From Paraspadella gotoi (Eukaryota > Animalia > Chaetognatha): a DNA stretch of 64,000 bases. A program made the position numbers and the translations under genes. How positions within the stretch are numbered: the stretch's first letter is position 1; every line of letters begins with the position of its first letter. The stretch is from positions 29,587,503 through 29,651,502 of the forward strand of contig CM119263.1 in the NCBI GenBank assembly GCA_051294375.1. The letters are read 5' to 3'. The notes under the pieces are model-generated. The model made no database searches. It was not told where the DNA came from and was given only the letters and a program-made list of their open reading frames with translations. Positions 40,631 through 53,385 of this stretch are shown in pieces.

Positions 40631-41096
40631 TTATATATAAAGATGCGATCACCCAAAGGCCAACCATGTTGCGCGCACTCAAACCGTCCGCGCATGCGCT
40701 CACTCTAACCGTCGGCGCATGCGCTCACCTACGTGCACGCAATCAGGCCACGCCCACCGGAAAAACTCGGGTGCGAAAGACGACGGATCAAAACGCGAAG
40801 ATGATGAATGAGTTTTTGGCGTCAAATATCGAATCTAGAAGCGAAATCCTTTTGACGACGAAAACGCCTCCGATTTTGATGATTGGCTCATTCGTCACTG
40901 ATGAGGATGATTGGTTGGATCGTTTAATGATTGGCTCATTCATCACCGATGGAGATGATTGGTTGGATCGTTTTGGCCGTGATTGGCTCATTCGACACCA
41001 ATGGAGATGATTGGTTGGATCGTTTAATGATTTGCTCATTCGTCACCGATGAAGGTGATTGGTTGAATCGTTTTGACCGTGATTGGCTCATTGGTT
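40631..41096 (-). promoter_or_regulatory. Promoter-like cluster: CCAAT-box tandem array, KLF/Sp, ETS, two NRF1 palindromes and a TATA-like element (copy at ~55540-56005)
   Basis: GCGCATGCGC at 40690 and 40715, GGCCACGCCC at 40746, CCGGAA at ~40757 and TTATATATAA at 40631. Eight GATTGG motifs lie in a 48+52 bp (100 bp) repeat at 40879-41096. Confidence 0.5.
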
Positions 41097-41841
41097 ACCG
41101 ATGGGGATATCTGAGTTACGACAGTTGAAATGGATTAGTGCTTTCCAATTGCTATTTAACTATCGGAATTCGAAAATCCATTGCAACATAAAATCTTGAT
41201 GGAAAACCGATCGATAGGAATCTTGCACGCCAACTCAAATGGCGTAATTGCCAACAGCAATGGCATTTCCTTTTCGGTTCCATCTGCTCATTTCCGATTT
41301 CACCTTTGGTTTCCGGTTCCGACATCAGCTTCACTTCGAAATCCGATTCACAGACGCATGTGAAAAATCGTCAACTTATCGCGAATTCACCAAATGGACT
41401 GTGACCAGCGTGAAAAGCAAATGGTTCACGGAACGGGTCCCCGAAAAAGTCCGGCAAATGGTTCGGGAAGTGGGTCACGCAATGGCAACCGAATGAGATG
41501 GACAACAAGTGATTTCAACAATGATAGGATTGCTAGGTAGACTATCTGGGCCTGGGGCACCCAATGCTCATGATAAAGGGTCTATACATAAAACGAATAA
41601 ATATGTATTACTAATAGACCGGATTATGGCAAAGTCTAAATATTGACACTATTTTTAGACAATAGGGTTCGCGGGTCATACTTTTAAATGGCCTGAGGAA
41701 ATCGAAACGCGTTGGTGGAACAACAAACAACATCAACAACAACAACAACAAAAACAACAACAACAATCACCGAATCTGTGAACCAAGAGGAAACATGTTT
41801 CTCTGTTTCGTGTGGACGTGGCGAACAATTCAACGCCAAAC

Positions 41842-41911
<70 letters not shown>

Positions 41912-42400
41912 TTCTCTTTGTCTCTCTCGCTCTCTCAGTCTGGGAAAATCGAGAAATCTTTCCCAGAGTCCGATTTTTCGTCGAGTGGAAGAGAGAGAGA
42001 GAGAGTGTGAGTGGGAGGGAGACAGAGAGGGAGAGAGTGAAGGATGAAGGGAAAAAGAGAAATAAAGTGTAAGAGTAGAAAAAAATATTTAATAAAGTAA
42101 ATAAATATTTAGAAATAGAGTGAAACATGAAAGTTCAGGGAATAAAATAAGATTAAAAATGTTTAAATATATTAAAAAAGGAAAAATTGAGGAATAAAGA
42201 ATATTAAGGAGAATAAAGACGATAAAATGGATAACAAAAGAGTGAAATAGTGAATCGAATTATGGGGAAAGAGTAGAAAAGGATGGAAGAGTGGAAACAA
42301 TAGAACTTGGAAGAGTGGAAGAGATGACGTCTCAATTTCCCACTTCATAGTCGCTTCGACATAAAAGCTATTCTCTCATCTCCACGTCTCGACATCTGGG

Positions 42401-42526
<126 letters not shown>

Positions 42527-44724
42527 GAAGATGCGATAAAGAGCCGAACTTTTAAGGAGTCTCTCTTTTACATTCTCTTTCAAACTCAGAAAAAAACTCG
42601 TTAAAAAAAATAATAATAATAATTTTTTCAACCACAAATCAGATAAAAAGTTTCAAAGTCTTAAAAATCAACCAAAAGTCAAAACCTTCACTTTTTTGTC
42701 ATTTTGAGATTGTCATTCTGCCATTAATGACATTTTTCGTAACTTTTATCTATTTTTTTAAACCCGATTTATTGATGAATACTTTAAATATATATTATCT
42801 CTAAGTACTTACTTACCTTATCCTCCCATCCTCTCGCTCTTAACACCATCCACTTTTCCCCAGCCCCAGCCAAATTCCCAGTCGAAACCAAATCCATAAC
42901 CCCAGCTCCAGCTCTGGCCCGAACCGCAGCCCAATATCCACCCCAGCACTAGCGCCATCGACAGCCCCAGGTTCAGGTTCATCCCATCCCCATTAGTATC
43001 CCTGGCCCCAGCTGTAACCAAATCCCAGACCCAGTTCTAGCCCAAGCCAAATCCCAAGTCCAAGCCCCACCCCAAAACCTACACCAACCCCAGCCCGATC
43101 CTGATCACCACCCACTGCTCCAGCCAAAGCCCCAGCACCCCTCGTAAAGACCAGAACCTCAAATTCTCGAGGGAATCGTGCGTCAAAATTATCGATGGTC
43201 GCAGGATAAGGGAAGCTATATACAAAGAGAGNNNNNNNNNNNNNNNNNNNNNNNNNNNNNNNNNNNNNNNNNNNNNNNNNNNNNNNNNNNNNNNNNNNNN
43301 NNNNNNNNNNNNNNNNNNNNNNNNNNNNNNNNNNNNNNNNNNNNNNNNNNNNNNNNNNNNNNNNNNNNNNNNNNNNNNNNNNNNNNNNNNNNNNNNNNNN
43401 NNNNNNNNNNNNNNNNNNNNNNNNNNNNNNNNNNNNNNNNNNNNNNNNAGAGAGAGAGAGAGAGGAAATAAATATCTCGATAAGAAATGAGAATTTACGC
43501 TCAACACGTCTTTGCCTGATTTACTTTCATTTTTGACGTCGAGTATTTTTATTGAGATGCGTCGCTGCATGCCTCATTGACTATTTTTTAATTCCCTTTG
43601 CTAAATATATTATAAAGTCATTTGATAAGTGAGCTAACTGTGATGCGTCCCTTCTTTGTGTTGAGCTGCTTGTTCGATACTAAAGTTCAAAGATCTTAAA
43701 ATTACTGATNNNNNNNNNNNNNNNNNNNNNNNNNNNNNNNNNNNNNNNNNNNNNNNNNNNNNNNNNNNNNNNNNNNNNNNNNNNNNNNNNNNNNNNNNNN
43801 NNNNNNNNNNNTGATTAGAAATTGTAAAATAATGAATGAGTTGAGATCGACAAATCTTCTTTGCTTTCTGCTCGTTTTCCATTTTACTTACGTATCATTT
43901 AAATTTTCTCGAGTTTTCTTACTTTTCATTCTTTACTAATTTGGTTTTATAAATTTTTAAAAATTTTTTACATTAATTTACAAAACAAAAGTTAGGTTAA
44001 TTTAGTTATTACTTAAGATAAAAAGATATCTATGTAGTAATATATACACCTGTTCTGATGGTATCATCATAGATGCAGAAAACCCGGAAACAGAGAAAAG
44101 GATTACTTACTTAAATTGTATGTATGATATGTACAATGAAACAACGAAAAAAATGGGGAAAAAAGGGGACCAACCAAAAAGACTAATAGCTATAAAACAG
44201 AAAATAAAAAGGAAAATAAAGAGAAAATAAATAAGAAAAAAAAAGAAAATAAAAGAGAAAATAAAAAAGAGAATAAAACGGACGATAAAACAGGATGTCT
44301 TTTCGCGGCAGAAGTTTGATTCCCTCCAGTTTCCACGATTCCATTGCATTTTCCGGTTGACGCAAGTCAGAGACGCTGACACAGTTCCATTTTAGATGCA
44401 GTTCCATCTCAAACGCGGTTCCATCTACAAACCTGTTCCATCTCAAACGAGGTTTCATCTCAAAGTTTTTCGTCTAATGGTGTTTCTGTCGGCAGGTTGC
44501 CATCTGGTTCTTTCTCTTCCCAACGTCAGTATGAGAATTATATTTCATATCAATAATGATACAGTAGCATACATCAGCAACAAAAACAAACCAAATAAAA
44601 ACAGAATTAAAGACGTTAACGTGAAGGAAAACTAAGCTACGAGATATTTCTATATTTTTCATAGAAAATAAGACAAACTTTATTTTTCGTCAAAGTTAAA
44701 CGTTTCATGATATCGTTCAGGACT

Positions 44725-46335
44725 AATTTTGAAAATATTTATAAAGTTCAGGGTAACCAAAACATTCTCTTAGGTTTCTGATGCTTTCCATCGATGCCAG
44801 CCAAAGATCTTACGAATTCCATTATTAATGGCTACATTTAGTTGGTACATATCTTTACAACAAAAGTCTTTAAGCTTCACAGCCATATCGTAGTACTGAA
44901 GACACAATTACTGTAAAATAATTGTAACAAAACTGCTTCATTTGGTTTGTGTAATGCATTCAAAATACTATTGTGAGGATCTATAAAAGGACATTAGATC
45001 AGGTGTGGGATCGAAATCAAAATTATTTCCAGATTTTAAGTTAAATCCTAAATATTTCCAACTCGTGACTCTTTCGATAGGACATGAATCAACATTTAAA
45101 TACCCAGTACCAATCCCATTAATCGTTTTTCTGCTAAAAATCATGTACTGTGGCAGCAAGACTTAAAGCTGCCTCACTGCTGTCGTCCTCAGCCTCGTCT
45201 CAATGGCTGAGAGGCTAAATCATCTCATTCCATCCGTGCGTCCGGGTTCAATCCCTGGGTATCCCGGTTCTGGCCTTAAATGTGACGGTGCCGGTATAAA
45301 CATGCCAGTGACAGGAGGCGGTCACTGAGGGTCCGCAGCCCCTACGCCAGTTGGTGAGATACCCCGCTTAGGGTATGCATATCACGCCTATGCCTACTTC
45401 TCTGGTAACGCTCCAGACTCGCTCGCTCGCTCGCTCGCCCGCCCCGCTCGCTCTCACTATGGCAATGAGATCAAAACCTTCTCTCAGACATCTCCTCAGG
45501 ATTGAGGCCCCTGTGGAGAAGTCTGGTGGGGGATCCTGTGGCAGCAAGACTTAAGCTGCCTCACTGCTGTCCGTCCTCAGCCTCATCTCAATGGCCTGAG
45601 CAGGCTAAATCATCTCATTCCATCCGTGCGTCCCGGGTTCAATCCCTGGGTATCCCGGTTCTGGCTTAAATGTGACGGTGCCGGTGATAAACATGCCAGT
45701 GACAGGAGGCGGTCACTGAGGGTCCGCAGCCCCTACGCAGTTGGTGAGATACCCCGCGCCCCGGGTATCACAGGCTATCCTCCCGGTTGCCATAAGTGGT
45801 GAGCCGCTACTTCGAACACGCAACCTTCTCAGGGTACGCTACGACAAACGCCTATGCCCTGCCGACTTTCGGGTACGCTACGACAAACGCCTATGCCCCT
45901 GGGGTACGCCTACGACAAACGCCTATGCCCCCACACTCGCGCTCTCTCTCTCTCTCCCACTATGGTAACAGTCTTGTCAGACACCTCTCAGGCTTGAGAA
46001 CCTGAGTGATGTCTTGGTCCCCGGGATCCTGTGCGCGTATATTCACACCGCTCACAGACCCACCATCCGTCAAGCCAAATTCCATTGTCTCAGAGTGGGA
46101 ACACACACCATCCAGGCCGCGTTATGTTCCATCCAACAGTCCTAACGACTCCTCTGCGTTGCCCCAAAGCGAGACCTCCTAGGGAGTAACCGCGCCAGTG
46201 ACTGAGGCGTCACCTGAGGGTCGGAAGCCCCAAAGCCAACAGTGAGATGCCCCTTCCCAATGGGCATTCACAGGCAACCGGCTGTGTGCCATAGTACTTT
46301 GTTTTTTGGAAATTAAAATGCAGTATTTCATTGCA
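44725..46335 (-). pseudogene. Decayed non-LTR retrotransposon (LINE) ORF2, C-terminal RT region, interrupted by the TRIM (copy at ~50495-52095, plus)
   Basis: Removing the insert and one GTAC and repairing frameshifts gives HFNFQKTKYMIFS...IERVTSWKYLGFNL...FYRSSNSILNALHKPNEAVLLQLFYSNCV...YGCE...LNVAINNGIRKIFGWHRWESIRNLRECFGY, typical of the RT thumb region of APE-type LINEs. Confidence 0.85.
45149..46293 (+). mobile_element. Three-LTR tandem TRIM (non-autonomous LTR retrotransposon) with tRNA-like LTRs, Helenus-like
   Basis: GTAC TSD at 45145-45148 and 46294-46297. LTR1 45149-~45376 (3' end deleted), LTR2 45537-45794, LTR3 46030-46293. Termini TGTGGC...TGCCATA. PBS-like TGGTGAGCC lies 2 nt after LTR2. 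G-rich GGGGATCC precedes LTR2 and LTR3. No coding capacity. Confidence 0.85.
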
Positions 46336-47279
46336 TCGGGTGCGTTTAGCGATTAAAAACACATCTTGCATATCTCATCGAGTTTCTTTGTGGAATTTCC
46401 ACAATCCATTTAAATTTCTTTTAAGCCAAATATTTTAATTCAATATTCAATGCAGTTCATAATGATTATTAAACACTGTACTTGAATTGAAATATTGGCA
46501 AATAAGAAAATGCACTTGTAAAAGGAAACTGCGTGCGCCGATTATCAAAAAACTTTATCTTTTGTGTATCCAACGTGAAATTCATCCATTCAGGGCATCA
46601 TGTCATCTGTTTCCATCTGAGCAATGACAAAATCTTATCTTTACACATTTCACAATCGTGACAGAATTGTTTACATTCAATTCTTTTCTTCTTATTAAGG
46701 TCGACCCATTCTCAGTCGCACCAGGTGCGCGATTATGCCAACGCTCATTTGCATATTCACATCGCACATTCCACTCGCTCTTTTTCGCTCAACTTTTTTC
46801 TTTTCATGAATTATTAAGGAAGATTCTCTTCTTTCTCTTCCATCGAGGAAGAAAAAAAACTTAATTTGGTTAAAATTGAAGAAGAAGAGATTATCAAGTT
46901 TCCCACTTTATTTTCGCTTCATTTTTTTTGCTCTATTTTCGATTCATTACTGAATCATTAAGCGGGTAAGTTATCGTTCAGGTGAGTTCGTCGCCCTGAG
47001 GAACGACGACGCGACGACGACGACGACGACACGGATGTCGACCACAGAAAAGGAAATGATTTTTTTTTTTTACCTTTTTAGTCATTTGCGAATTAAAGTA
47101 ATTAGTTGAGAAAAGTCGATGCTCTACAAATTTGAGAACAAAGGGAAAAAGAAACCGTGATTAATAGTCAATTTGAATTTTTAAATTTGCTGTAATTAAA
47201 GCATGTATAATTTTTTCATGGATTAATTTCCATTAAAATGGATTTTTTTTTAAAAGTCTTGGTTTCTCTCTGTCAGTCT

Positions 47280-47316
<37 letters not shown>

Positions 47317-47479
47317 GTCTCTCTCTCTCTCTCTCTCTCTCCCCATGTTCTCCTTACTACATCCTTTAACTGTTTTTTCCAATATTACTTCATATATTTT
47401 CCTCTTTTTCAATTTATATTTTGGAAGAGCCTCTTGTTCTCCCAACTGACTCCGGATTCGACCTCCCGAGTTTTTCCAC

Positions 47480-48106
47480 CCGCCGCGAGAGGCGTTTCTG
47501 CCTCTTTTAATTCTCCAAGGACGCCATCTTTGATTCAAGGCCCGCCACCTGGTTTCTCCCGATGCTCTTTTTTTTAACCAGGCGCTTTCGATTTTCTTTT
47601 TTATTTTTTATTTTTGTGAAGAAATTCAGGTGTGTTCCCAAGGAAGTGGGGATATGGGGGATTTTCAGAGTTAAAATATTTATTTAATAAATAAATAAAT
47701 AAATAAATAAATAAATACAAATAAATAAATAATAACATCCGCGTATGTATAAAATGTGCAAACGAGTTGGTTGACTAAAATAGCACTTTGAATTCTCTCT
47801 TCTGATTTCTGAGAAATATTCCGAAAGAGGAAACGTTGGAAGTGAAATACATCAACTGCATTCTCAGTCCTCCTAATTTTTTCCCCTCCAACTTGATGTA
47901 AAAAAAAAATACTAAATCCTAAAACCTAAATAGAAAGAAGGAAAAAGCAAAGAAATTTCCATAGATTATCATTAAAAACTGCCGCTCTGTTTAAGCCGCC
48001 CGCCGACGCTGCCGTCGCCGCCGCCACCGCCGTCGCCGCCGACGCTGCCGCCGCCGTTGAATTTTGCCTTCATTCGCTCGTCGGTTTTCTCATGCAGTTG
48101 GCATCC

Positions 48107-48155
<49 letters not shown>

Positions 48156-48210
48156 CTCTCTTCTCTTCTCTCTCTTCTTCTCTCTTCTCTCTTCTCTCTC
48201 TTCTCTTCTC

Positions 48211-48256
<46 letters not shown>

Positions 48257-48502
48257 GCGGCGCCATCGGCGGCTCGTGGGAATTAAAACCAGACGCTTGC
48301 GCAGTGGCCACAGAGAAAAACCAAGAAAATAGAGGGAAAAAAAACAAAAGACCCAGTGGAAAGAAAAAAAAAATAGTAAGATACGAGACACGGGGAATAG
48401 AGAGAGATGAGTAGAGAGAGAGTAGCAGATCAGAGAGAGAAGAGAGAGAGAGAGGGAAGAATGCTTCTACCCTTGAGGTGTTGGCGTTCGTTTTCTGTTG
48501 TA
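47480..48502 (+). repeat. Block B, directly repeated at 59312-59937 and ~60562-60909
   Basis: ccgccgcgagaggcg...gttggcatccagctctc recurs from 59312. ccggcggcgccatcggcggc...ggcgttcgttttctgttgta recurs at ~60700-60909. Confidence 0.9.
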
Positions 48503-48527
48503 NNNNNNNNNNNNNNNNNNNNNNNNN

Positions 48528-49052
48528 TCCAGATTTTAAGTTAAATCCTAAATATTTCCAACTCGTGCACTTGTAAAAGAAACTGCGTTCGCGATATCAA
48601 TAAAACTTTTATCTTTTGTGTATCCAACGTGAAATTCATCCATCGCCAGGGCATCATGTCATCTGTTTCCATCTAAGCAATGACAAAATCTATCTTTACA
48701 CATTTCACAATCGTGACGGTAATTGTTACATTCAATTCTTTCTTCTTATTAAGGTCGACCCTTTTCTCAGTCGCACCAGGTGCGCGATTTCTGCACAACG
48801 CTCATTTGCATATTGCACATCGCACATTCCACTCGCTCTTTTTCGCTCAACTTTTTTTCTTTCATGGAATTATTAAGGAAGATTCTCTTCTTTCCTTCCA
48901 TCGAGGGAAAAAAAACTTAATTGGTAAAATGAGAAGAAGAGATTATCAAGTTTCCACTTTATTTTCGCTTCATTTTTTTGCTCTATTTTCGATTCATTAC
49001 TGAATCATTAAGCGGGTAAGTTATCGTTCAGGTGAGTTCGTCGCCCTGAGGA

Positions 49053-49146
<94 letters not shown>

Positions 49147-49357
49147 ATGTCGACCACAGAAAAGAAATGATTTTTTTTACCTTTTTAGTCATTTGCGATT
49201 AAGTTAATTAGTGAGAAAAGTCGATGCTCTACAAATTTGAGAACAAAGAGAAAGAAAACCGTGATTAATAGTCATTTGAATTTTTAAATTTGCTGTAATT
49301 AAACAGGTATAATTGTTTTCATGGATTAAATTTCCATTAAAATGGATTTTTTTTAAA
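48528..49357 (+). repeat. Third copy of part of block A (45028-45067 joined to ~46513-47251), between two 25-N gaps
   Basis: tccagattttaagttaaatcctaaatatttccaactcgtg is followed directly by cacttgtaaaag. Confidence 0.88.
49053..49145 (+). repeat. (GAC)n microsatellite, representative of many ACG/GTC tracts in the window
   Basis: About 30 units here versus under 10 in the two other copies of the locus (~47003, ~49810). Confidence 0.95.
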
Positions 49358-49521
49358 NNNNNNNNNNNNNNNNNNNNNNNNNGTGGAAAAAACTCGGAGG
49401 TCGATCCGGAGTCAGTTGGGAGAACAAGAGGCTCTTCCAAAATATAAATTGAAAAAGAGGAAAATATATGAAAAGTATATTGAAAAAAACAGTTAAAGGA
49501 TGTAGTAGGAGACAGGGAGGG

Positions 49522-49565
<44 letters not shown>

Positions 49566-50534
49566 AGAGACTGACAGAGAGAACCAAGACTTTTAAAAAA
49601 AATCCATTTTAATGGAAATTAATCCATGAAAACAATTATACCTGTTTAATTACAGGCAAATTTAAAAATTCAAATGACTATTATTCACGGTTTTCTTTCC
49701 CTTTGTTCTCAAATTTGTAGAGCATCGACTTTTGCTCACTAATTAACTTTAATCGCAAATGACTAAAAAGGTAAAAAAATCATTTCTTTTCTGTGGTCGA
49801 CATCCGTAGTCGTCGTCGTCGTCCGTCGTCGTCGTCGTTCTCAGGGCGACGAACTCACCTGAACGATAACTTACCGCTTAATGATTCGAGTAATGAATCG
49901 AAAATAGAGCAAAAAAAATGAAGCGAAAATAAAGTGGAAACTTGGATAATCTCTTCTTCTCATTTACCAATTAAGTTTTTTTTCCCTCGATGGAAGGAAA
50001 GAGAGAATCTTCCTTAATAATTCCATGAAAAAAAAGTTGAGCGAAAAAGAGCGAGTGGAATGTGCGATGTGCAATATGCAAATGAGCGTTGTGCATAAAT
50101 CGCGCACCTGGTGCGACTGAGAAATGGGTCGACCTTAATAAGAAGAAAGAATTGAATGTAACAATTGCTGTCACGATTGTGAAATGTGTAAAGATAGATT
50201 TTGTCATTGCTCAGATGGAAACAGATGACATGATGCCCTGAATGGATGAATTTCACGTTGGATACACAAAAGATAAAAGTTTATTTGATATCGCGCACGC
50301 AGTTTCTTTTACAAGTGCATTTTCTTATTTGCCAATATTTCAATTCAAGTACAGTGAATAATCATTATGAACTGCATTGAATATTGAATTAAAATATTTG
50401 GCTTAAAAAGAAATTTAAAAATGGATTGTGGAAATCCACAAAGAAACTCGATGAGATATGCAAGATGTGTTTTAAATCGCTAACGCACCCGATGCAATGA
50501 CATACTGCATTTTAATTTCCAAAAAACAAAGTAC

Positions 50535-51603
50535 TATGGCAACAGCCGGTTGCCTGTGATGCCCATTGGGAAGGGCATCTCACTGTTGGCTTTGGGGGCT
50601 TCCGACCCTCAGTGACGCCTCCAGTCACTGGCGCGGTTACCCTAGGACGGTCTCGCTTGCCAACGCAGAGGAAGTCGTTAGGACTGTGGATGGAACACTA
50701 ACGCCTGGATGGTGTGGTTCCCCCTCTGAGCCAATGGATTTGGCTGACGGATGGTGGACGTGAGGCGGTGTGAATATACCGCCACAGGATCCCCGGGCCA
50801 AGACATCACTCAGGTTCCTCAAGCCTGAGAGGTGTCTGACAGACTGTTACCATAGTGGGAAGAGAGAGAGAGAGCGCGAGTTGTGGGGGCATAGGCGTTT
50901 GTCGTAGGCGTACCCCAGGGGCATAGGCGTTTGTCGTAGCGTACCCGAAAGTCGCAGGGCATAGGCGTTTGTCGTAGCGTACCCTGAGAAGGTTGCGTGT
51001 TCGATAGTAGGGCTCACCACTTATGGCAACGGGAGGATAGCCTGTGATACCCGGGGCGCGGGGTAATCTCACCAACTGCGTAGGGGCTGCGGACCCTCAG
51101 TGACCTCCTCCTGTCACTGGCATGTTTATACCGCACCCGTCACATTTAAGCCAGAACCGGGATACCCAGGGATTGAACCCGGGACGCACGGATGGAATGA
51201 GATGATTTGTAGCCTGCTCAGCCATTGAGATGAGGCTGAGGACGGACAGCAGTGAGGCAGCTTAAGTCTTGCTGCCACAGGATCCCCCACCAGACTTCTC
51301 CACAGGGGCCTCAATCCTGAGGAGATGTCTGAGAGAGGTTTTGATCTCATTGCCATAGTGAGAGCGAGCGGGGCGGGCGAGCGAGCGAGCGAGCGAGTCT
51401 GGAGCGTTACCAGAGAAGTAGGCATAGGCGTGATATGCATACCCTAAGCGGGGTATCTCACCAACTGGCGTAGGGGCTGCGGACCTCAGTGACCGCCTCC
51501 TGTCACTGGCATGTTTATACCGCACCGTCACATTTAAGGCCAGAACCGGGATACCCAGGGATTGAACCGCGGACGCACGGATGGAATGAGATGATTTAGC
51601 CTG
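50535..51603 (-). mobile_element. Duplicate of the three-LTR TRIM in the inverted arm
   Basis: Reverse complement of 45149-46293 with GTAC at 50531-50534 and 51604-51607. Gives a cleaner reading of LTR3. Confidence 0.85.
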
Positions 51604-53321
51604 CTCAGCCATTGAGACGAGGCTGACGGACAGCAGTGAGGCAGCTTTAAGTCTTGCTGCACAGTACATGATTTTTAGCAAAAAACGATTAATGGGATTG
51701 GTACTGGGTATTTAAATGTTGATTCATGTCCTCATCGAAAGAGTCACGAGTTGGAAATATTTAGGATTTAAACTTAAAATCTGGAAAATAATTTTGATTT
51801 CGATCTCACACCTGATCTAATGTCCGTTTTATATCCTCCAATAGTATTTTGAAATGCATTACACAAACCAAATGAAGCAGTTTTGTTACACATTATTTTA
51901 CAGTAATTCGTGTCTCAGTACTACGATATGGCTGTGAAGTAAAGACTTTTGTTTGTAAAGATATGTACCAACTAACATGTGAGCCATTCAAGTAATGGAA
52001 TGCGAATGATCTTTGGCTGGCAATCTGATGGAAAGCATCGAGAAACCTAAGAGAATGTTTTGGTTACCCTGAACCTTTATTAAATATTTTTCATAAATTA
52101 GTCCTGAACTGATTCATGAAACCGTTTAACTTTGACCGAAGAAATAAAGTTATTGTCTTTATTTCTCTATGAAAGAATATGATAATGATCTCGTAGCGTT
52201 AGTTTTCCTTCACGTTAACGTTTTAATTTCTGTTTTTAATTTGGTTTGTTTTTGTTGCTGATGTATGCTCACTGCTATCATTATTGATATGAAATCAACT
52301 AATTCTCCATACTGGACGTTGGGTAACGATGAAGAAACCAGATCGGCAATGCCTGCCGACAGAAACTTCACCATTAGACGAAAAACTTTGAGTATGAAAC
52401 CTCTTCTGAATGAGGTTGCTAGATGGAACCGTAGGGAACGTTTGTAGATGGAACCGCGTTTGAGATCGGAACTGCATCTAAAGATGGAACTGTGTCATGC
52501 GCCTCTGGGACTTGCGTCTCAACCGGATAAATAGCAATGGAATCGTGGAAACTGGAGGAATCAAACTTCTGCCCGCGAAAAGACATCCTGTTTTACGTTT
52601 CCGTTTTATTCTCTTTTTTATTTCTCTTTTATTTCTTTTTTTTTCTTATTTATTTTCTGCTTTATTTCCTTTTTTATTTTCTGTTTTATGAGCTATTAGT
52701 CTTTTGGTTCTGTCCCTTTTTTCCCCATTTTTTTCGTTGTTTCAGTGTGTACATATCTACATACAATTTAAGTAGTATCCTTTTTCTCGTTTCCGGGTTT
52801 TCTGCATCTATGATGATACCATCAGAACAGGTGTGTATATATTACTACATAGAATATCTTTTATCTTAATTAATAACTAATATTAACCTAACTTTTTGTT
52901 TTGTAAATACTTATCATGTAAAAAATCTTTTAAAAATTTTCCTTAGAAAGATGAAAAGAAAAACTCGGAAGAAAATGTTAATATCAAGTAAAATGGAAAA
53001 CGAGCGAAAGCAAAGAAATTGTCCGATTCTCAACTCATTCATTATTTATCAAGTTTCTAATCATCATTATATTCATCAGTATTTTTAAGATCTCTTGAAC
53101 TTTAGTATCGAAACAATCAAGCTCAACACAAAGAAGGAACGCATACAGTTAGCTCACTTATCAAATGACTTTATAATATATTTAGGCAAGGGAATTAAAA
53201 AATAGTCAATGAGGCATGCAGCGACGCATCTCAATAAAATACTCGACGTCAAAAATTGAAAGTAAATCAGGCAAAGACGTGTTGAGCGTAAATTCTCATT
53301 TCTTATCGAGATATTTATTTC

Positions 53322-53385
<64 letters not shown>

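Noticed and set aside
41620-41690. RGHTFK-like motif suggesting a CR1 3' end
   Set aside because: Too short and frameshifted, with no supporting upstream similarity.
41692-41716. CTGAGGA-aatc-GAAACGCGTT minimal hammerhead-like motif
   Set aside because: No stem II and only about one pair in stem I. At best a decayed relic.
45590-45655. Functional tRNA gene in the LTR
   Set aside because: A and B boxes and the T-arm are present but the acceptor and anticodon stems do not pair. Treated as a tRNA-derived promoter.
45831-45931. Three 28-bp direct repeats resembling a mini-CRISPR
   Set aside because: Spacers are only about 3-11 bp, there are no cas genes, and they lie inside a eukaryotic TRIM.
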